64,000 bases of DNA from Rhynchobatus australiae (taxonomy: Eukaryota). Where the stretch lies: assembly GCA_034780895.1 (NCBI GenBank), contig JAUZTB010000098.1, forward strand, positions 84,592,980 through 84,656,979, read 5' to 3'. This document shows, piece by piece, positions 36,665 through 49,049 of the stretch (the stretch's first letter is position 1; the number at the start of each line of letters is the position of its first letter). Both the position numbers and the translations under genes were made by a program. The notes below the pieces were generated by a model. That model did not search any database and was not told the origin of the DNA. It saw nothing but the letters and a program-made list of their open reading frames with translations.

Positions 36665-38025
36665 ACCTTGGGGTTTCCCCAAGGATCTAACAATGCCTTC
36701 ACCCACTGCTTTCTCCTCTGCATGCTGCTCCCGAGCAACATTTTCTAGAAAGAGAATGTTACATACCACATGTCCGTTGATGATACCCAGCTTTATCTCG
36801 ATACCACCACCTTGACCCTCTGTTTATAACTTGTTAGACAGCTTGTTCAATATTTGGTATTAAGATGAGCAGAGATTTAATCCTATTACTGTAAAACTCC
36901 AATAATCTGCTATCCGACTATTCGGAACTCCCGATGTTTCAGCATCTGGCTCACCAGGGGATATTTACCACATTCCCTTTCAACTCGCAAGGGCCTTGCT
37001 TCCCACATTTCCTTCCAGCACACTGGACCATGGTTCCTGGGCTCCACATCCATTCACCATGACCTTGGTGCCCATGCTCCCTTCCAACTTTCCAGGGCCC
37101 TGTTTCCCACTATCCTTTTCAACTCACTGGGGCTCTGATTTCCATCCTCTCTTTAAATTGACCAGGACCCCATATCTTGCACTCCCTCTAAACTTACTAA
37201 GTTCACTGGAAATTTTTTTATGATTCTGTGTAATATATGTAAAAAGTGATTAAAAGTGGTTCATCATGGTTATAGAATAATACCCAGTAGTCCAGAAAAT
37301 CTGCCAGCCCAGCAGCACCAAAGTCCCAAATGTACTGGATTATTGGAATTTTATTGCAAAATATTGAGATGCCTCAAGCTGTTCCCTGTCACAAATTCCA
37401 TTCCCTAGCTACCAAATCCATCCCTCTCCTGGCTGAAACTGAATCAAACTAGATAAAGTGTGATTCCGAGTTGAATATGAGACATCATTTCCACACCAAG
37501 ATCACCAATTTTCACCTTCGTAACATTGCCCAACAACAGTCTTGCCTGAGCCCATCAGTTCCTGAAACCCTCAATCATATCTTGTTATCGCTAGAATGAA
37601 TTAATCCAGTGCATTCCTACTAGGCTTCCCCATTTTATGTCGACCTTGCTGACTGTATCCAAACTCACACAGTCCCATTCACCCATCACCATCATGTTAA
37701 TAACCTACTCTAACCGAGTCAGGAGATCCTCAATTTTAATAATACATTTTCAAGTCCTTCAATGGTCTACCTTCTCAGTATCTTCGTATGGAACTCTATG
37801 AGATATTAACACTCTTCCAATTATGGTCTCTTGAGCATCTTTGAACTTAGTCACTCTGCCATTAGCAGCTGAATCATCTCTATCTCTCTTGCCAACTTTT
37901 AGGCATACCTTATACTTTGGTCAACAGTCAGATCTTCACATGTGACTTGATTTCAAGGTTTTGTTTGAAACACCCTTGTAAAGTATCTCAGGAAATTCTA
38001 CATAAATGGATGTTCCTGTTGTTGA
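36665..38025 (+). mobile_element. Decayed L2-like LINE (RT to 3' end), interrupted by a DNA-transposon MITE
   Basis: GFPQGS (36671), YHMSVDDTQLYL (36764-36799), ttcaccttcgtaacattgcc (FHLRNIA), gaaaccctcaatcat, and an L2 tail near 37940-38025. Confidence 0.7.
36889..37356. mobile_element. Tc1/mariner (pogo/Tigger-like) non-autonomous element
   Basis: TIRs ctgtaaaactccaataatc (36889-36907) and gattattggaattttattg (37338-37356), 16/19 complementary. Flanked by TA (36887-36888) and CA (mutated TA). Interrupts an L2 ORF. Confidence 0.65.
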
Positions 38026-38644
38026 TGATGGGTATGCTGGGGGAATCTTTCAACTTAAGCAAGCTATAGGACTGAGTCTGTAAGATTAGCTCCCTATTGC
38101 ATGCTCTGCCCAACTTTCCTTAAAAGGAAACTATGCAGGGTAAATAATGGGATCTCAATCCAATGCTGCTGAGAATTGCAATGTTCCTCAGGTTAAAAGT
38201 TACCTCAGTTAAATAGTACTAAAAGGTACAATGCATGTATTGGCTCTACTGAGCTCCAACACATCCCAAATTGAAGTCTCACTTTACTCCACTTTCAAAT
38301 TTATTTTCACTGGAGATTTCCTGAAGGTTTTTCTATTATCCCTAAAAGACTCTTTCCAATGCCTGACCTTGGCATCATGCCAGCCCCAATTCATTTCTCA
38401 TTCACATGCTCCTTTTTCGGTCAACAGGCCATCTGTTTGACATGTCTTGCATGTACCAGTGTTCATTTATGCTCCCTCTATACTTGAACATGACTACAAA
38501 GCCATTTATAAATGTACATGCAAGCGTATACATGAGTATACTTATTGTCTGGTAATGGTTGGTTCCAGTTTCTGTAGTAACCTGGACAATGTAATACATG
38601 AACTGGATACTTTTTTTTTCTTTCGCACTTTCTGTTTATTTAGT

Positions 38645-39062
38645 TATTTTTCTTTTTCAATCTTTTTTATTAGTTTTCAAATACAGATTAATATATAGCA
38701 TCAATGTTCGTACATGTATTACAAAGAGATCAGGATAACACTCATGTCATACAAAACAATAAAATATAAAAATAACTATTTGTAGATCCAACAATCTCTT
38801 AGTTAATGAATAGAGTATAAAAGAAAGGAAAGAAAAAGATTTATCATATAAATTTAAAAAAAGAAAAAAGAAAAAGAAACCCCAAATCAATAAAAAAAAT
38901 TATAAACAATGTAAACTAAACTAAGCATACAAATTTTTTAAAAAACTGGGCTAAAGTTTCTCAGTAGAAACAGAGCCATATTATGTCATCAATTCCATAC
39001 AATAAATTAAAAAGTTATTGAAGGGGGATCTACATTATGTGAAAATATTGGATAAATGGACG
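38645..39062 (-). mobile_element. L1/Tx1-like LINE 3' end (ORF2 C-terminus plus T-rich 3' UTR)
   Basis: Minus strand 39062-39030 reads RPFIQYFHIM*, resembling fish L1 ORF2 ends (W.PFI.YF). It is followed by a low-complexity UTR and a reverse AATAAA/poly-A near 38610-38662. Confidence 0.55.
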
Positions 39063-39591
39063 GATTCTAAGCTGTACAGACTTTTATGGGAAATTGTGTG
39101 AGATTAACAGCTCCAAGAATAGAAACATGCTGTTCAATTTAAATTAACAGCCGTTTCACTGAGAAACAGGAAGGCTTCCATACGGAAGATTCATTAGATG
39201 GCAAGAATGAGCCCACTCCTCTAAGAATACCAAGTGGAAAATTAGGGAATCACTCACAATGTTTCACTTGCTTTGTTTCTTGGAAAGAGAACCAAGGTTT
39301 TGTTTATTATTTTAGGAATACCATCCAACTCTTTTCTGAATTTGTTTTTAATTACTGATTTCTAAAATTCTATTTTTGGTGCAGGAAAGTGTGTACAATT
39401 GAATAAATCAGGTTTATTTTGAAACTGGATGAAGAAAGAAATATTTAATCATAGCATTTGTAGTGCTGAAAGGAACTGNNNNNNNNNNAAGAAAAGGAAA
39501 ATGGCTTCTCCTTGGATTTAAGAAACAGATTTTCTGATACCAATGTCTATTTATTTGAATACTGCTAAAGATTAACTGCTTTATTGCAGTG

Positions 39592-39812
39592 ATAAGAACT
39601 CATCTGGTCCAGTAATATCCTTCAGGGAAGGAAATCTGTCATCCTTCCCCTCTTTGGCCTGTTTGTGACTCCATACACATCAATATTATTGTTTCTTAGC
39701 TGCTGTCTGAAGTGGCCTCTCAAGCCATTCCACTCAGTGACTAATTAGAATTAGACAATAAATGCCTACTTGACAGCAGCAACCGCATCCCAGGAATGAA
39801 TAAATAAAAATG
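39592..39812 (+). mobile_element. tRNA-derived SINE 3' half (family of 1978-2318)
   Basis: catctggtccagtaatatccttcagggaaggaaatctgtcatcctt...gtgactcca...caataaatgcc...catcccaggaatgaataaataaaaa. Confidence 0.65.
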
Positions 39813-40316
39813 TTTACCTCATCTGGAAAGATGCATAAACTGTGTGCAGTATATTTGTATCTAGTTATGTAAATAAGTTATGGGGCTGCAGGGTATAGGG
39901 ATATCAGCATGTATCTATGATGTACGTACCATATGCAGAAAGTTGCTGTTAGAATGAACATTCTTGTTTGGAGATCCTATGTCCCTTAAATGTTGTTGTA
40001 ATTAGAATTTACCAATACCCCAGCAACATCCAAGCCCATTTTAAGATACACCACAAGACTGGATGAGTTTAAAAAGATGGAATAAAAACAGAGAAAATGA
40101 AATCAGCATTTTGCCTTTGATACCACTGTTCTTACTTTGTGAACTGTAAAAATTCCATGGGCACAAAGAAAAACAGCAGAGAAAAGCCCTGAAGGTTCAA
40201 TCTCCCAACTGTGGGCTGAGTAGGAGGATTTTGAATGGTTCACACTACTTAGATCAAAGGCGGACAGGGAGAGCTCAAGGCAGATGCTTTTCACTGTGAG
40301 GCAACTGCAAACGTTC

Positions 40317-41110
40317 TCAGAATCAGGTTTATTATCACTGACATATGTCGTGAAATCTGTTGTTTTGTGGCAGTAGTACAGTGTGAGAGATAAAAATTAC
40401 TATAAGATACAAAAAATAAGTAAGTAGTGTAAGAGAGGAATAATGAACTAGTGTTCATGGGTTCGCGGACCATTCAAGAATCTGATGACAGAAGGGAAGA
40501 AGCTGTTTCTAAAACATTGAGTGTGGGTCTTCAGGCTCCTGTACTTTCTCCCCAGTGGTAGTAACATGAAGAGGGCACGTCCTGGATGGTGAGGGTCCTT
40601 AATGATGGATGCCACCTTCTTGAAGCACCGCGTCTTGAAGATGTCCTCAATGGTGGAGAGGGTTGTGCCCGTGATGGAGCTGGCTGAGTCTACAACCCTC
40701 TGCAGCCTCTTATGATCCTGGGCGTTGGAGTCTCCATACCAGACTGTGATGCAACCAGTCAGAATGCTCTCCACCGTACATCAATAGAAATTTGCAAAAG
40801 TTTTTGGTGACATTCCAAATCTCCTCAAACTCGTAATGAACAATGTATTGGTCCCAGAGCAGATCTTTGGAGGCGCTGACATCCAGGAACTTANNNNNNN
40901 NNNNNNNNNNNNNCAACTGTCCCTTCCTGAAGTCCACAATAACTTCCTTGGTCTTGCTGGCATTGAGTGCGAGGTTATTGCTACGACACCACTCAACTCC
41001 ATCTCAGTCCTGTACACCTCCTCATTGCCATCTGAGGTTTTACCAACAACAGTGGTGACATCTGAGAAGTTATAGATGGTGTTTGATCTGTGCTTAGCCA
41101 CACAGTCATT
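40317..41110 (-). mobile_element. Rex1/Babar-like LINE (RT end, C-terminal domain, 3' UTR)
   Basis: ORF 40781-41128 has IYNFSDVTTVVGKTSDGNEEVYRTE (KFADDTTVVG-like). ORF 40448-40774 has ESILTGCITVWYG...LQRVV...IIKDPHHPG...FRNSFFP. Tail ataataaacctgattctga. Confidence 0.85.
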
Positions 41111-41753
41111 CAATAAGATGACAGCCAATCTGGTCTTGACTTTAACTTCACCTTCTTGTTTGCTCCTATAACTCTCAACTCCCTAAACAATCAAAAGCAA
41201 TCGTGTCAGACCATTTCCCCTCTCTTTTCCAACAGCCCAGCAAATTATTCTCTCAATTCCTAGTTACCCTGTGAAGAACTGATGTGCTTCCATCACACTT
41301 ACAGAGAGTGAATTCTGGATCATAGCTTGTCTCTGAGTAAAATGGGATTTCCTCACATTCTCCTTTGATTTTTTTTGGTCAAAACTTGAAATCTGCATTT
41401 TTTCATTCTCAAACCATCTGCAAAGGGGAACAGTTCTCCAGTTACCCTATCTAAATCAGTCACAACTTTGTGCACCTCTGTCAAATTTTCCCTTAACGAG
41501 ATGAAACCCAACTTCTTCAGTTCAACTTTACAGCTCAAAATCCCTCATGCTGGTTCCTTTCAAGCAAATCTTTTCATCTTTTCTGCACCCTCTCTAGAAC
41601 CTTTATTTTCTTCCTAAAATGAAGTGCTGGCATTGGACGCAACATTCCAATACTGACCTAATTAGCTTTTATATGAATTGAACATAACTTTCCTACATCT
41701 GTACTCAGTGCCTCAATTTATGAATCCCAGTGTCTATGTGCTTTATTAATCAC
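41110..41753 (-). mobile_element. Decayed CR1-like LINE fragment
   Basis: ORF 41353-41538 has LKKLGFISLRENLTEVHKVVTDLDRV..ELFP. ttttcttcctaaaatgaagtgctggcattggacgcaacattccaa is the reverse of LEYCVQ.W. Confidence 0.6.
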
Positions 41754-41853
41754 NNNNNNNNNNNNNNNNNNNNNNNNNNNNNNNNNNNNNNNNNNNNNNN
41801 NNNNNNNNNNNNNNNNNNNNNNNNNNNNNNNNNNNNNNNNNNNNNNNNNNNNN

Positions 41854-42130
41854 GGGTTGTGCCCGTGATGGAGCTGGCTGAGTCTACAACCCTCTGCAGC
41901 CTCTTTTGATCCTGTGGATTGGAGCCTCCAGACCAGGCAGTGATGCAACCAGTCAGAATGGTCTCCACCATACATCTGTAGAAATCTGCAAGAGTCTTTG
42001 GTGATATACCAAATCTCCTCAAACTCCTAATGAAGTAGAGCCACTGGCATGGCTTCTTCATGGTTGCATCAATGTGCTGGGGCCAAGATAGATCCTCTGA
42101 GGTGTTGATGCCTAGGAACTTGAAGCTGCC
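41854..42130 (-). mobile_element. Rex1/Babar-like LINE fragment
   Basis: ORF 41750-42061: LYFIRSLRRFGISPKTLADFYRCMVETILTGCITAW...RLQRVVDSASSITG. Confidence 0.85.
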
Positions 42131-42329
42131 ATCTTAAAATTGCCATCTTTAAAGACAAAATTAGAGCAAGAAAGACTGAGTAAATCTGCAAGTATTGAAG
42201 AAGCTTGAGAGAAAAATGCAAACACACAGAAGGCTTTGGTATTATTGCAGCATTTCCATGGAAAAAGAAAATGACATCTCAAGCACAGTTGGCGGTCAGG
42301 CATTATATAACAACCCCTGAAATTTGGAG

Positions 42330-43080
42330 GCATCTGGGTGTCCTAGGGCACAAGTTGCAAAAAGCTAGTATGCAGGTACTGCAAGTGATTAGGAAAGCCA
42401 ACAGAATGTTATCATTTATAGCTGTGGGAATTGAATACAAAACTAGAGAGGTTATGATTCAGTTGTACAGGGTTTTGGTGAGACCACATGTGGAGTAGTA
42501 TATACAGTACTGAACTCCTTATTCAAGGAATGATGTTAGTCCATTGGAAGCAGTTCAGAGAAGGTTTTCTATATTAATGCCAGGAATGGATGAGTTATCT
42601 GATAGATAAACTAGGCTTGTATCTGCTGGAGTTTAGAAGAACGAGAGGCAAATTGATTGAAACAGAAAAGAACTGGAGGGGTATGGGCAGGGTGAACGTG
42701 GAGAGAATAGAGATGAGGCAATTTTTTTTCTGTCAGAAGGTCTTTGGAACTGTCTTCCTCAAAATATANNNNNNNNNNNNNNNNNNNNNNNNNNNNNNNN
42801 NNNNNNNNNNNNNNNNNNNNNNNNNNNNNNNNNNNNNNNNNNNNNNNNNNNNNNNNNNNNNNNNNNNNAAATATATTGAAAGCAAGAGTTTCTGGATCTT
42901 TTTAAGGTAGTTGAGCAGAGGCAGATAGATGAATGATAAGCAGGAGGTGGGGGATTATTGTGGTGATGGTGAAAGATTATGACAGTTGGATGGGAATACA
43001 GAGTTGATATTGCAATCAGATCAGCCATGATCTTATTAATTGGCAGAGCAGGCTTCAGGGACCAAATGCTCCTTATTTGT
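42330..43080 (+). mobile_element. CR1-like LINE 3' fragment (gap inside)
   Basis: QVLQVIRKANRMLSFIAVGIEYKTREVMIQLYRVLVRPHVE (ORF 42205-42498). Tail agatcagccatgatcttattaattggcagagcaggct. Confidence 0.8.
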
Positions 43081-43094
43081 GAGTATGAATTGCT

Positions 43095-45045
43095 CATGTG
43101 CCACAAGGAAAGAATGGAGATGTTTATCATGGCTGGTTATATTCTTGAACTGGAAGACTGGTTGAAAGCACACAATGAGGCAGTACAAGAATGCAATAAC
43201 ACTAACAGAAGTGGGTTCCAAAGGGTATCCCACACTCAGTAACTTTGTAGCTCATCAATAGCTTATTTGCAAAGGTAGTTCAGAGTTTGGAAGAATATTT
43301 CACATCATAGTTGTTTCAGACAACAGAGAATTATACATTTGGTGCATGGAATCAGAAGCTGGGAGAAACCATGGATAATTACATCATGGCACTCAAAATC
43401 CTGTCAACTGGTTAATGTATGGTCAAAGGGTCCAAAGTACCTAACTAAAGTGTTAGGCACAATAAGCCTTAGAACTGAGATGAGGAAGAATTTCCTCAGG
43501 GCGGTGAATCTGTGGAATTTGTTGCCATGTAGAGGCCAAGTCATCTGGTGTATTTAAGGCAGAGATTGCTAGGTTCTTGATTAAGGGTTATGGGGAGAAG
43601 GCAGGAGGATGGGGTTGAGAAAAATAAATCAGCCACAATCGAATGGTGGAGCAGATTCGATGAGCCGAATGGCCTAGTTCTGCTCCTATATCTTATGGTC
43701 TTCTATGGACATGGCAGTTAAGGATTTCACCCTGCGCCAGCCACAAATGCAACTGTCAAAGGACGAAATGCAAAGCTTTGATCCGAAAGCAACAACAGCC
43801 TAATGTGACCACAAAATGATGAGCGTTGCTGTTCTGGATCTACTGCTACACATTCTCTTTGCAGCCGTTAAAAAGTCATTGCTGTTCACATCAGAAAAAC
43901 ATGAGATGGAAGATTATTCAATGCAATGAAAGACAACGGATAGGAATGTAGTCTCTAATACAACACCACCACAGTTATTATGAGTCACAAAAAGGAAATC
44001 TGCACAATATGACAATTGCTGCAATTGACACAGATTTTACTTTTGAAAACATTCATGCCACTAGCAACTATGTAGCGAGTTAATGGGACTTCAAGGATAA
44101 AGTTTCTGATTAGCGCAAAGTCATGAGAGACTGACACATGTTACGTACNNNNNNNNNNNNNNNNNNNNGAAAGAGACATTTGATAAGTAGTTCAATCATC
44201 TGAGGAAGGAACAAGATCAATTCAGAGCAAGATCTGAAAGTCTTGAGTCAGATGTTTTGTAAAATATCCAAAGATGGTCAGAGTTCAAATTACCCTGGTG
44301 ACCAATGATATTAGGCAAAGATTGGTTAATGGGTCCTGATACCGATCAAGCAGAAGTGTTCACTGCTCAAGATGATGCTAAATCCAGATTTACTGCATGA
44401 ATCATCTGATATCAGTAGTATGTTTGATTTTTACCCTCCAATTTGTGGTCATAGATTTCCTGTTAGTAGCTAATGAGATCACTCAGGACTCAGCAAGACA
44501 TTTTATTAACACAGGGTCCACAAAGACAATTTGAGAGGATGGACCAGCCTGGACAGGTCTCAGTTGATAATTCAACCTTGTGATCTTAGACTATAAAACA
44601 TTCTCTAATTGCAAGGTTGTTTAAAATAGGGACATTGAATAATTATTCCAAGTATTCTCAGAAAAAGAATTGTAGAAGAGGTACATATGGAATTCATTGG
44701 AATCATGAATATGAAGATCTCTGCCAATCATGGAGAAAGATCTGGAGAAAATTGTACCCACATGACTGTTTACCAATGAAGCAGAGCTACACCACCTAAT
44801 ACACCATTACAAACATAGAAATGGCAAACTTGACCATTCCCACAGATTAGGAAAGAATGACACAGGAGCTTATTTGATGTCAGACGGGTATTTTTAGGTG
44901 AGTGGAAAGTATCACTGAGGAGTTTGGGTGAATCTCACTATGTATAGCCACCCAACAGAATATGTGCTGTGACATCTCATGATTCCTCTGTAACATCCTG
45001 CTTCCAATGGGGGCAGCAAAGAGTTGGTTCATCTGAACCAACAGA
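43095..45045 (+). mobile_element. Highly decayed Ty3/Gypsy LTR-retrotransposon relic A (gag ... integrase)
   Basis: gag-like KERMEMFIMAG (43105), LTEVGSKGYPTLSNFVA (43202), WNQKLGETMDNYIMALKILS (43347). Integrase-like IPSILRKRIVEEVHMEFIGIMNMK (44645), PPNTPLQT*KW and HPASNG (44994). Confidence 0.6.
43468..43705 (+). mobile_element. CR1-like 3' end inserted in Gypsy relic A
   Basis: ttagaactgagatgaggaagaatttc...gccgaatggcctagttctgctcctatatcttatggtct. Confidence 0.8.
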
Positions 45046-45374
45046 TTTAAGCCACCTGCAGGTTCTTTTGCTCAATGAACTAGTGAGTGTTTGTATGACA
45101 GTACCTGTCATCATCAGTTTAATCCTTCATTCAGATATTAAAAGTTAGACTAAGTTTGGAGCAGATGAAGGATGCTCTGATATTATTGAGGCCAATAACA
45201 TTTCCCACTGGGCCTAAGCGACATCAGCTGCACCTGCTGGAGCACTCAATGGAGTCAGAAACCACGGAACCCTTCTTACAGTCCAAGGTTCAGCTCTCAG
45301 GACAATGCTGGCAAGGCAGATCCCTAAGAATGAATGCATCCTCCTTACTGTGACACAGACGGAGGCCATTTAAC

Positions 45375-45487
45375 AGGAGCCAACTAACCTACCAGCACAT
45401 CTTTGGGATGTGGGAGGAAATTGGAACACCTGGTAGAGACCCATGTGGTCACAGGGGGATCGCATGCAGACTTCACCCAGACAGCAC
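45375..45487 (-). mobile_element. V-SINE V-domain fragment
   Basis: aacctaccagcacatctttgggatgtgggaggaaattggaacacctgg...acccatgtggtcacaggg...cagacagcac is the reverse V-domain. Confidence 0.7.
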
Positions 45488-45524
45488 AGTCACTATGTAC
45501 ACTTGTGCTGTACATAGTGACTGT
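45486..45524. repeat. Perfect inverted repeat, 16-bp stem and 7-nt loop
   Basis: acagtcactatgtaca-cttgtgc-tgtacatagtgactgt. Confidence 0.95.
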
Positions 45525-48500
45525 ACATAGCAGTGAGTAAAACTTGCCGTTTATGGAAAGCTCAGGGTTCTGAAAGGGAGCATAAGCATCTCATGAACAC
45601 AGTCTATCATTGGCTGAACTTTGGGAAATCCCACATTACTGGCATATCCTTGTGCCTGCTGAGATCTTTCCTGAAGGAAAAATCAAAGAATTCCTCTTTC
45701 TTTGAATGCTGAACATCTTGGGCCTCTTTAATTCTTCCGCAAGTAGCAATATCTTAGATATCGCACAAATCAGCTATAATGATCTAGAGACTCGGAAGTT
45801 GAGAATGATACTGGCCATGATCTCCATGTTCTGTGCAGTCCAGATATGTGTGCAAGTGTGGACAGCTGGAGATCTGGCCACAGAAGGTCACTTATCACCA
45901 TCACCACTGACCTGGAAAACATAAGCCTGCAGAGATGGAGACAGGAAGGTGATCTCTGTAGATTCTGAAAGTACAGGACATGCAAATATGAATATAGCTG
46001 GGGCTCCTCCCCTGTGGTCCCCAGTCATGCCCATATCGTGTTCGACATCTGATCTGAAGTTCTCTCTCAAAAAGTGCAGCCAGTGGAACCATCATGGGTC
46101 CATGCATTGTAAGGAGTTTGCATGGTCCTGAAATAGCACCGGAGTTGACTAGAAATTACTGTGGTCAACAAGAGCAGTTTTCAGAATACTTTGCAACATA
46201 CTGCAGAAGTCAGAACATTCATCATGAATGGCCCTTTAAATTGCAAGAATATAGAGTAACCAGTATTATGAAAACTTGAAAGGTTGTGACTACCTAATGA
46301 TAGGTAGTTTGGAACAACACAATCTAATTTCTACTAGCAACACTCTAAATCTGTTACTTAAGGAATGAATGATGGCATTAGGTTCTACATTGCTGCAGAA
46401 ATTGTGTCATCAAGACAAACACAATTTGTAACTGGGAGTACCCGGTGGAATTCCTGGAATGGTGCAGTTCCATTTGATCTGCCAATTAAACACAATAAAA
46501 TCCATTTAACATACAACATATGTTCCAACTGGTCTTGGAAAAAATACCTGCATGATTGCATCTGCAGTAACTTACTACACAAGGGCCAAAGATGAGACTT
46601 GAGAATAATTAACAGAGTTTGCCAAGGACTTTTTGCATGTACACAACTGTATTGAAGTATACCCATTTATATTTTATTTTATAAATACTTAAGCAATATT
46701 TTCAGGGAATAAAATATATGAATCAGTGTTTACTTTTATAGAAGTGTTAATAATTTGCTGAACTTTTGTGGTTGAAATTGCGGCTTCAGAGCTGAGATTG
46801 ACCCAGCTTGTTAGGTGCCAGAAGAGGTCTGGTGTTTCTGATTTAACTGGTGGGTATTGTTGTAATGGTATCCTGTTGCAAACTGAAAGTTAAGCAAAGG
46901 TATCCACTGTTGATGCTGCCCTGCTGTTGCAGTCTTTCTCTGCCTCTATCTTCCCCTTTCCCTCTTCATCTGCTTCCAACCCAGGCCTGAATCCTTTCCC
47001 CATCCCTCATGAAATGCCATTAGATTTCAGAAGGTAAGCAAAAAGAAAATAGCACAGAATGACAAAATAATTATAGTACAGAATAGCCAACTGGATCAAT
47101 GAGTCTATGTTAAACACAATACCTCTCTCATATTGCCCCATCTAAATCTGCCAAATATTTTTAGCTTATTTTGTCAACATGGTTCCCTATTTATTCTGTT
47201 TATGCTTATCACAAGTAGTACCCAACACTGGACAATTGGTGGCTGGTGTGGGAATTAATAGTAAAGGTGCTGCTTACAATGATAGTGCGCTAACTAAAGC
47301 AGTTCAGTAAACTCCTTGTACCTTATTAACCTGCACATTTATTGATTTTGTTTTTAAGTACTTTTCTGGTTCAGGTAAAGCCTAAAAATCAGGCAGTTTC
47401 ATGCACCTGATGGAAGCATGATTACCCTAGTAATTGTCTTAGTAATTATCTAATTATCTGGCTGATTACCTGAAATTGATAATGATGCAGGTGCAACTGT
47501 TCACAATTACTAGAGGTGCTTTGGTGAGTGGAAGCCGTGAGTTGAATCAATTTAGAGCTGGCGCAATGCCTGGATATAACCTGGATCCGTGAGTGAGGTG
47601 ACTCTCCACCCCCAGGAGGCAGAGTGAGACTCAGCAGAAAGTGAGCTTCAGCTGGTGTACAACTAAGACTCCACCCCAGAATCTCCTGAGAGCCTTTATT
47701 TGTTATTACAGTTAAGTTAAAGTCTCTCATATTTGCAGATACTTAAAAATATTAAAATGGATGTAAATAATGTTTTTAAAAATTAAAAAATTAAAACATC
47801 AAAACGTTTTATAAATTGTCTAAACTAAATTTAGAAATACACTCCACCTTCATTCTCCAGGTCTAGAATTTCCATTGAAATAAGAGGGGGCAACAGCATC
47901 TGTCGTTCAGTATGTTGCAGGCTTATAGTAGGACCACATAAGTCTGGGGTTCGCTGGCATGGGAAAGGTTGGCTACAGTCAGCATGATTCATTCCCATGG
48001 TTTCTGCGTCAAGCCTGGGTTTTGCAAAAAAATGTTAGTTTTACATGTTAAGATAAACACNNNNNNNNNNNNNNNNNNNNNNNNNNNNNNNNNNNNNNNN
48101 NNNNNNNNNNNNNNNNNNNNNNNNNNNNNNNNNNNNNNNNNNNNNNNNNNNNNNNNNNNNCATGTTAAGATAAACACAGAGGAGATTGGGAAAACACAGC
48201 ATGCCAGCATTTGTCTCTGGAGCCGGGGGATGGTCTAACTTCAATCTAGACCCTCGAATGGAATGCAAAATAAAAGACAAATAAACAAGATCTGAAAAAG
48301 AGGAAAGGAAGGAGAAATACAAACTGATAAGCAAGTGCAGAAAGGAAGTATTGATGGATTAATTGTTGGAGAATGCAATAGATCAAGTAAATAGAATCAC
48401 TGAGGAAACAGTGCGACTGTGCAAAACATCTAAGACTTTCAGATTTCCAGCAGAGTGTTTTCTTGTTTTCTCAGTTTTGCCTTGATGTTGTAACATTCAC

Positions 48501-49049
48501 TGAACATTCAGCCGAGGCTGAAATAATACCAAAAGCAGACTGGCAAGACGCATGAAAGGTCTCTTGGAAATACTTGGATATTAACCTTGGTCTTGCTGTA
48601 GGGGACCTTCTAGAGGTTTGGGACTCAATATTCAATCCCCACAATTGGCTGAAGAGGAGCAGAGTGGAGTTAGCTGTGCGAAACACACCCTGTGTGTATG
48701 CATTTTCATTTTTATGATGGATATTTGAGCTTCTGCTTAACCCCCCAGGAGAGGCAGATCACTTATTTAAATTGTATATATTTCTCATATCCTTTTTCCT
48801 TATGACTCAGAAAGCTCTTGGAATGTAATTGCAAATACAATTTGAAATTAATAGTTTCTGTAATAGTTTTCCGGGAGTTCAGGCAGTGGAAGAACAGGGT
48901 GAGACTATTAGGTGTGTACGTTGTTTCATTAAAGGACTTGTCTTTGGTTTTTTTAGATACTTTACATTAAATATTTCCCTGTGCACCCATGGATGAATGA
49001 ATTCAGTTAAAGCTGTTGAGGACACAAAAACTGATATTCAAATTTGGAG

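Noticed and set aside
36960-37200. Repeat-spacer-like periodicity suggesting a CRISPR-like array
   Set aside because: The units are degenerate tandem copies without unique spacers, inside a MITE in a vertebrate intron, and there are no cas genes.
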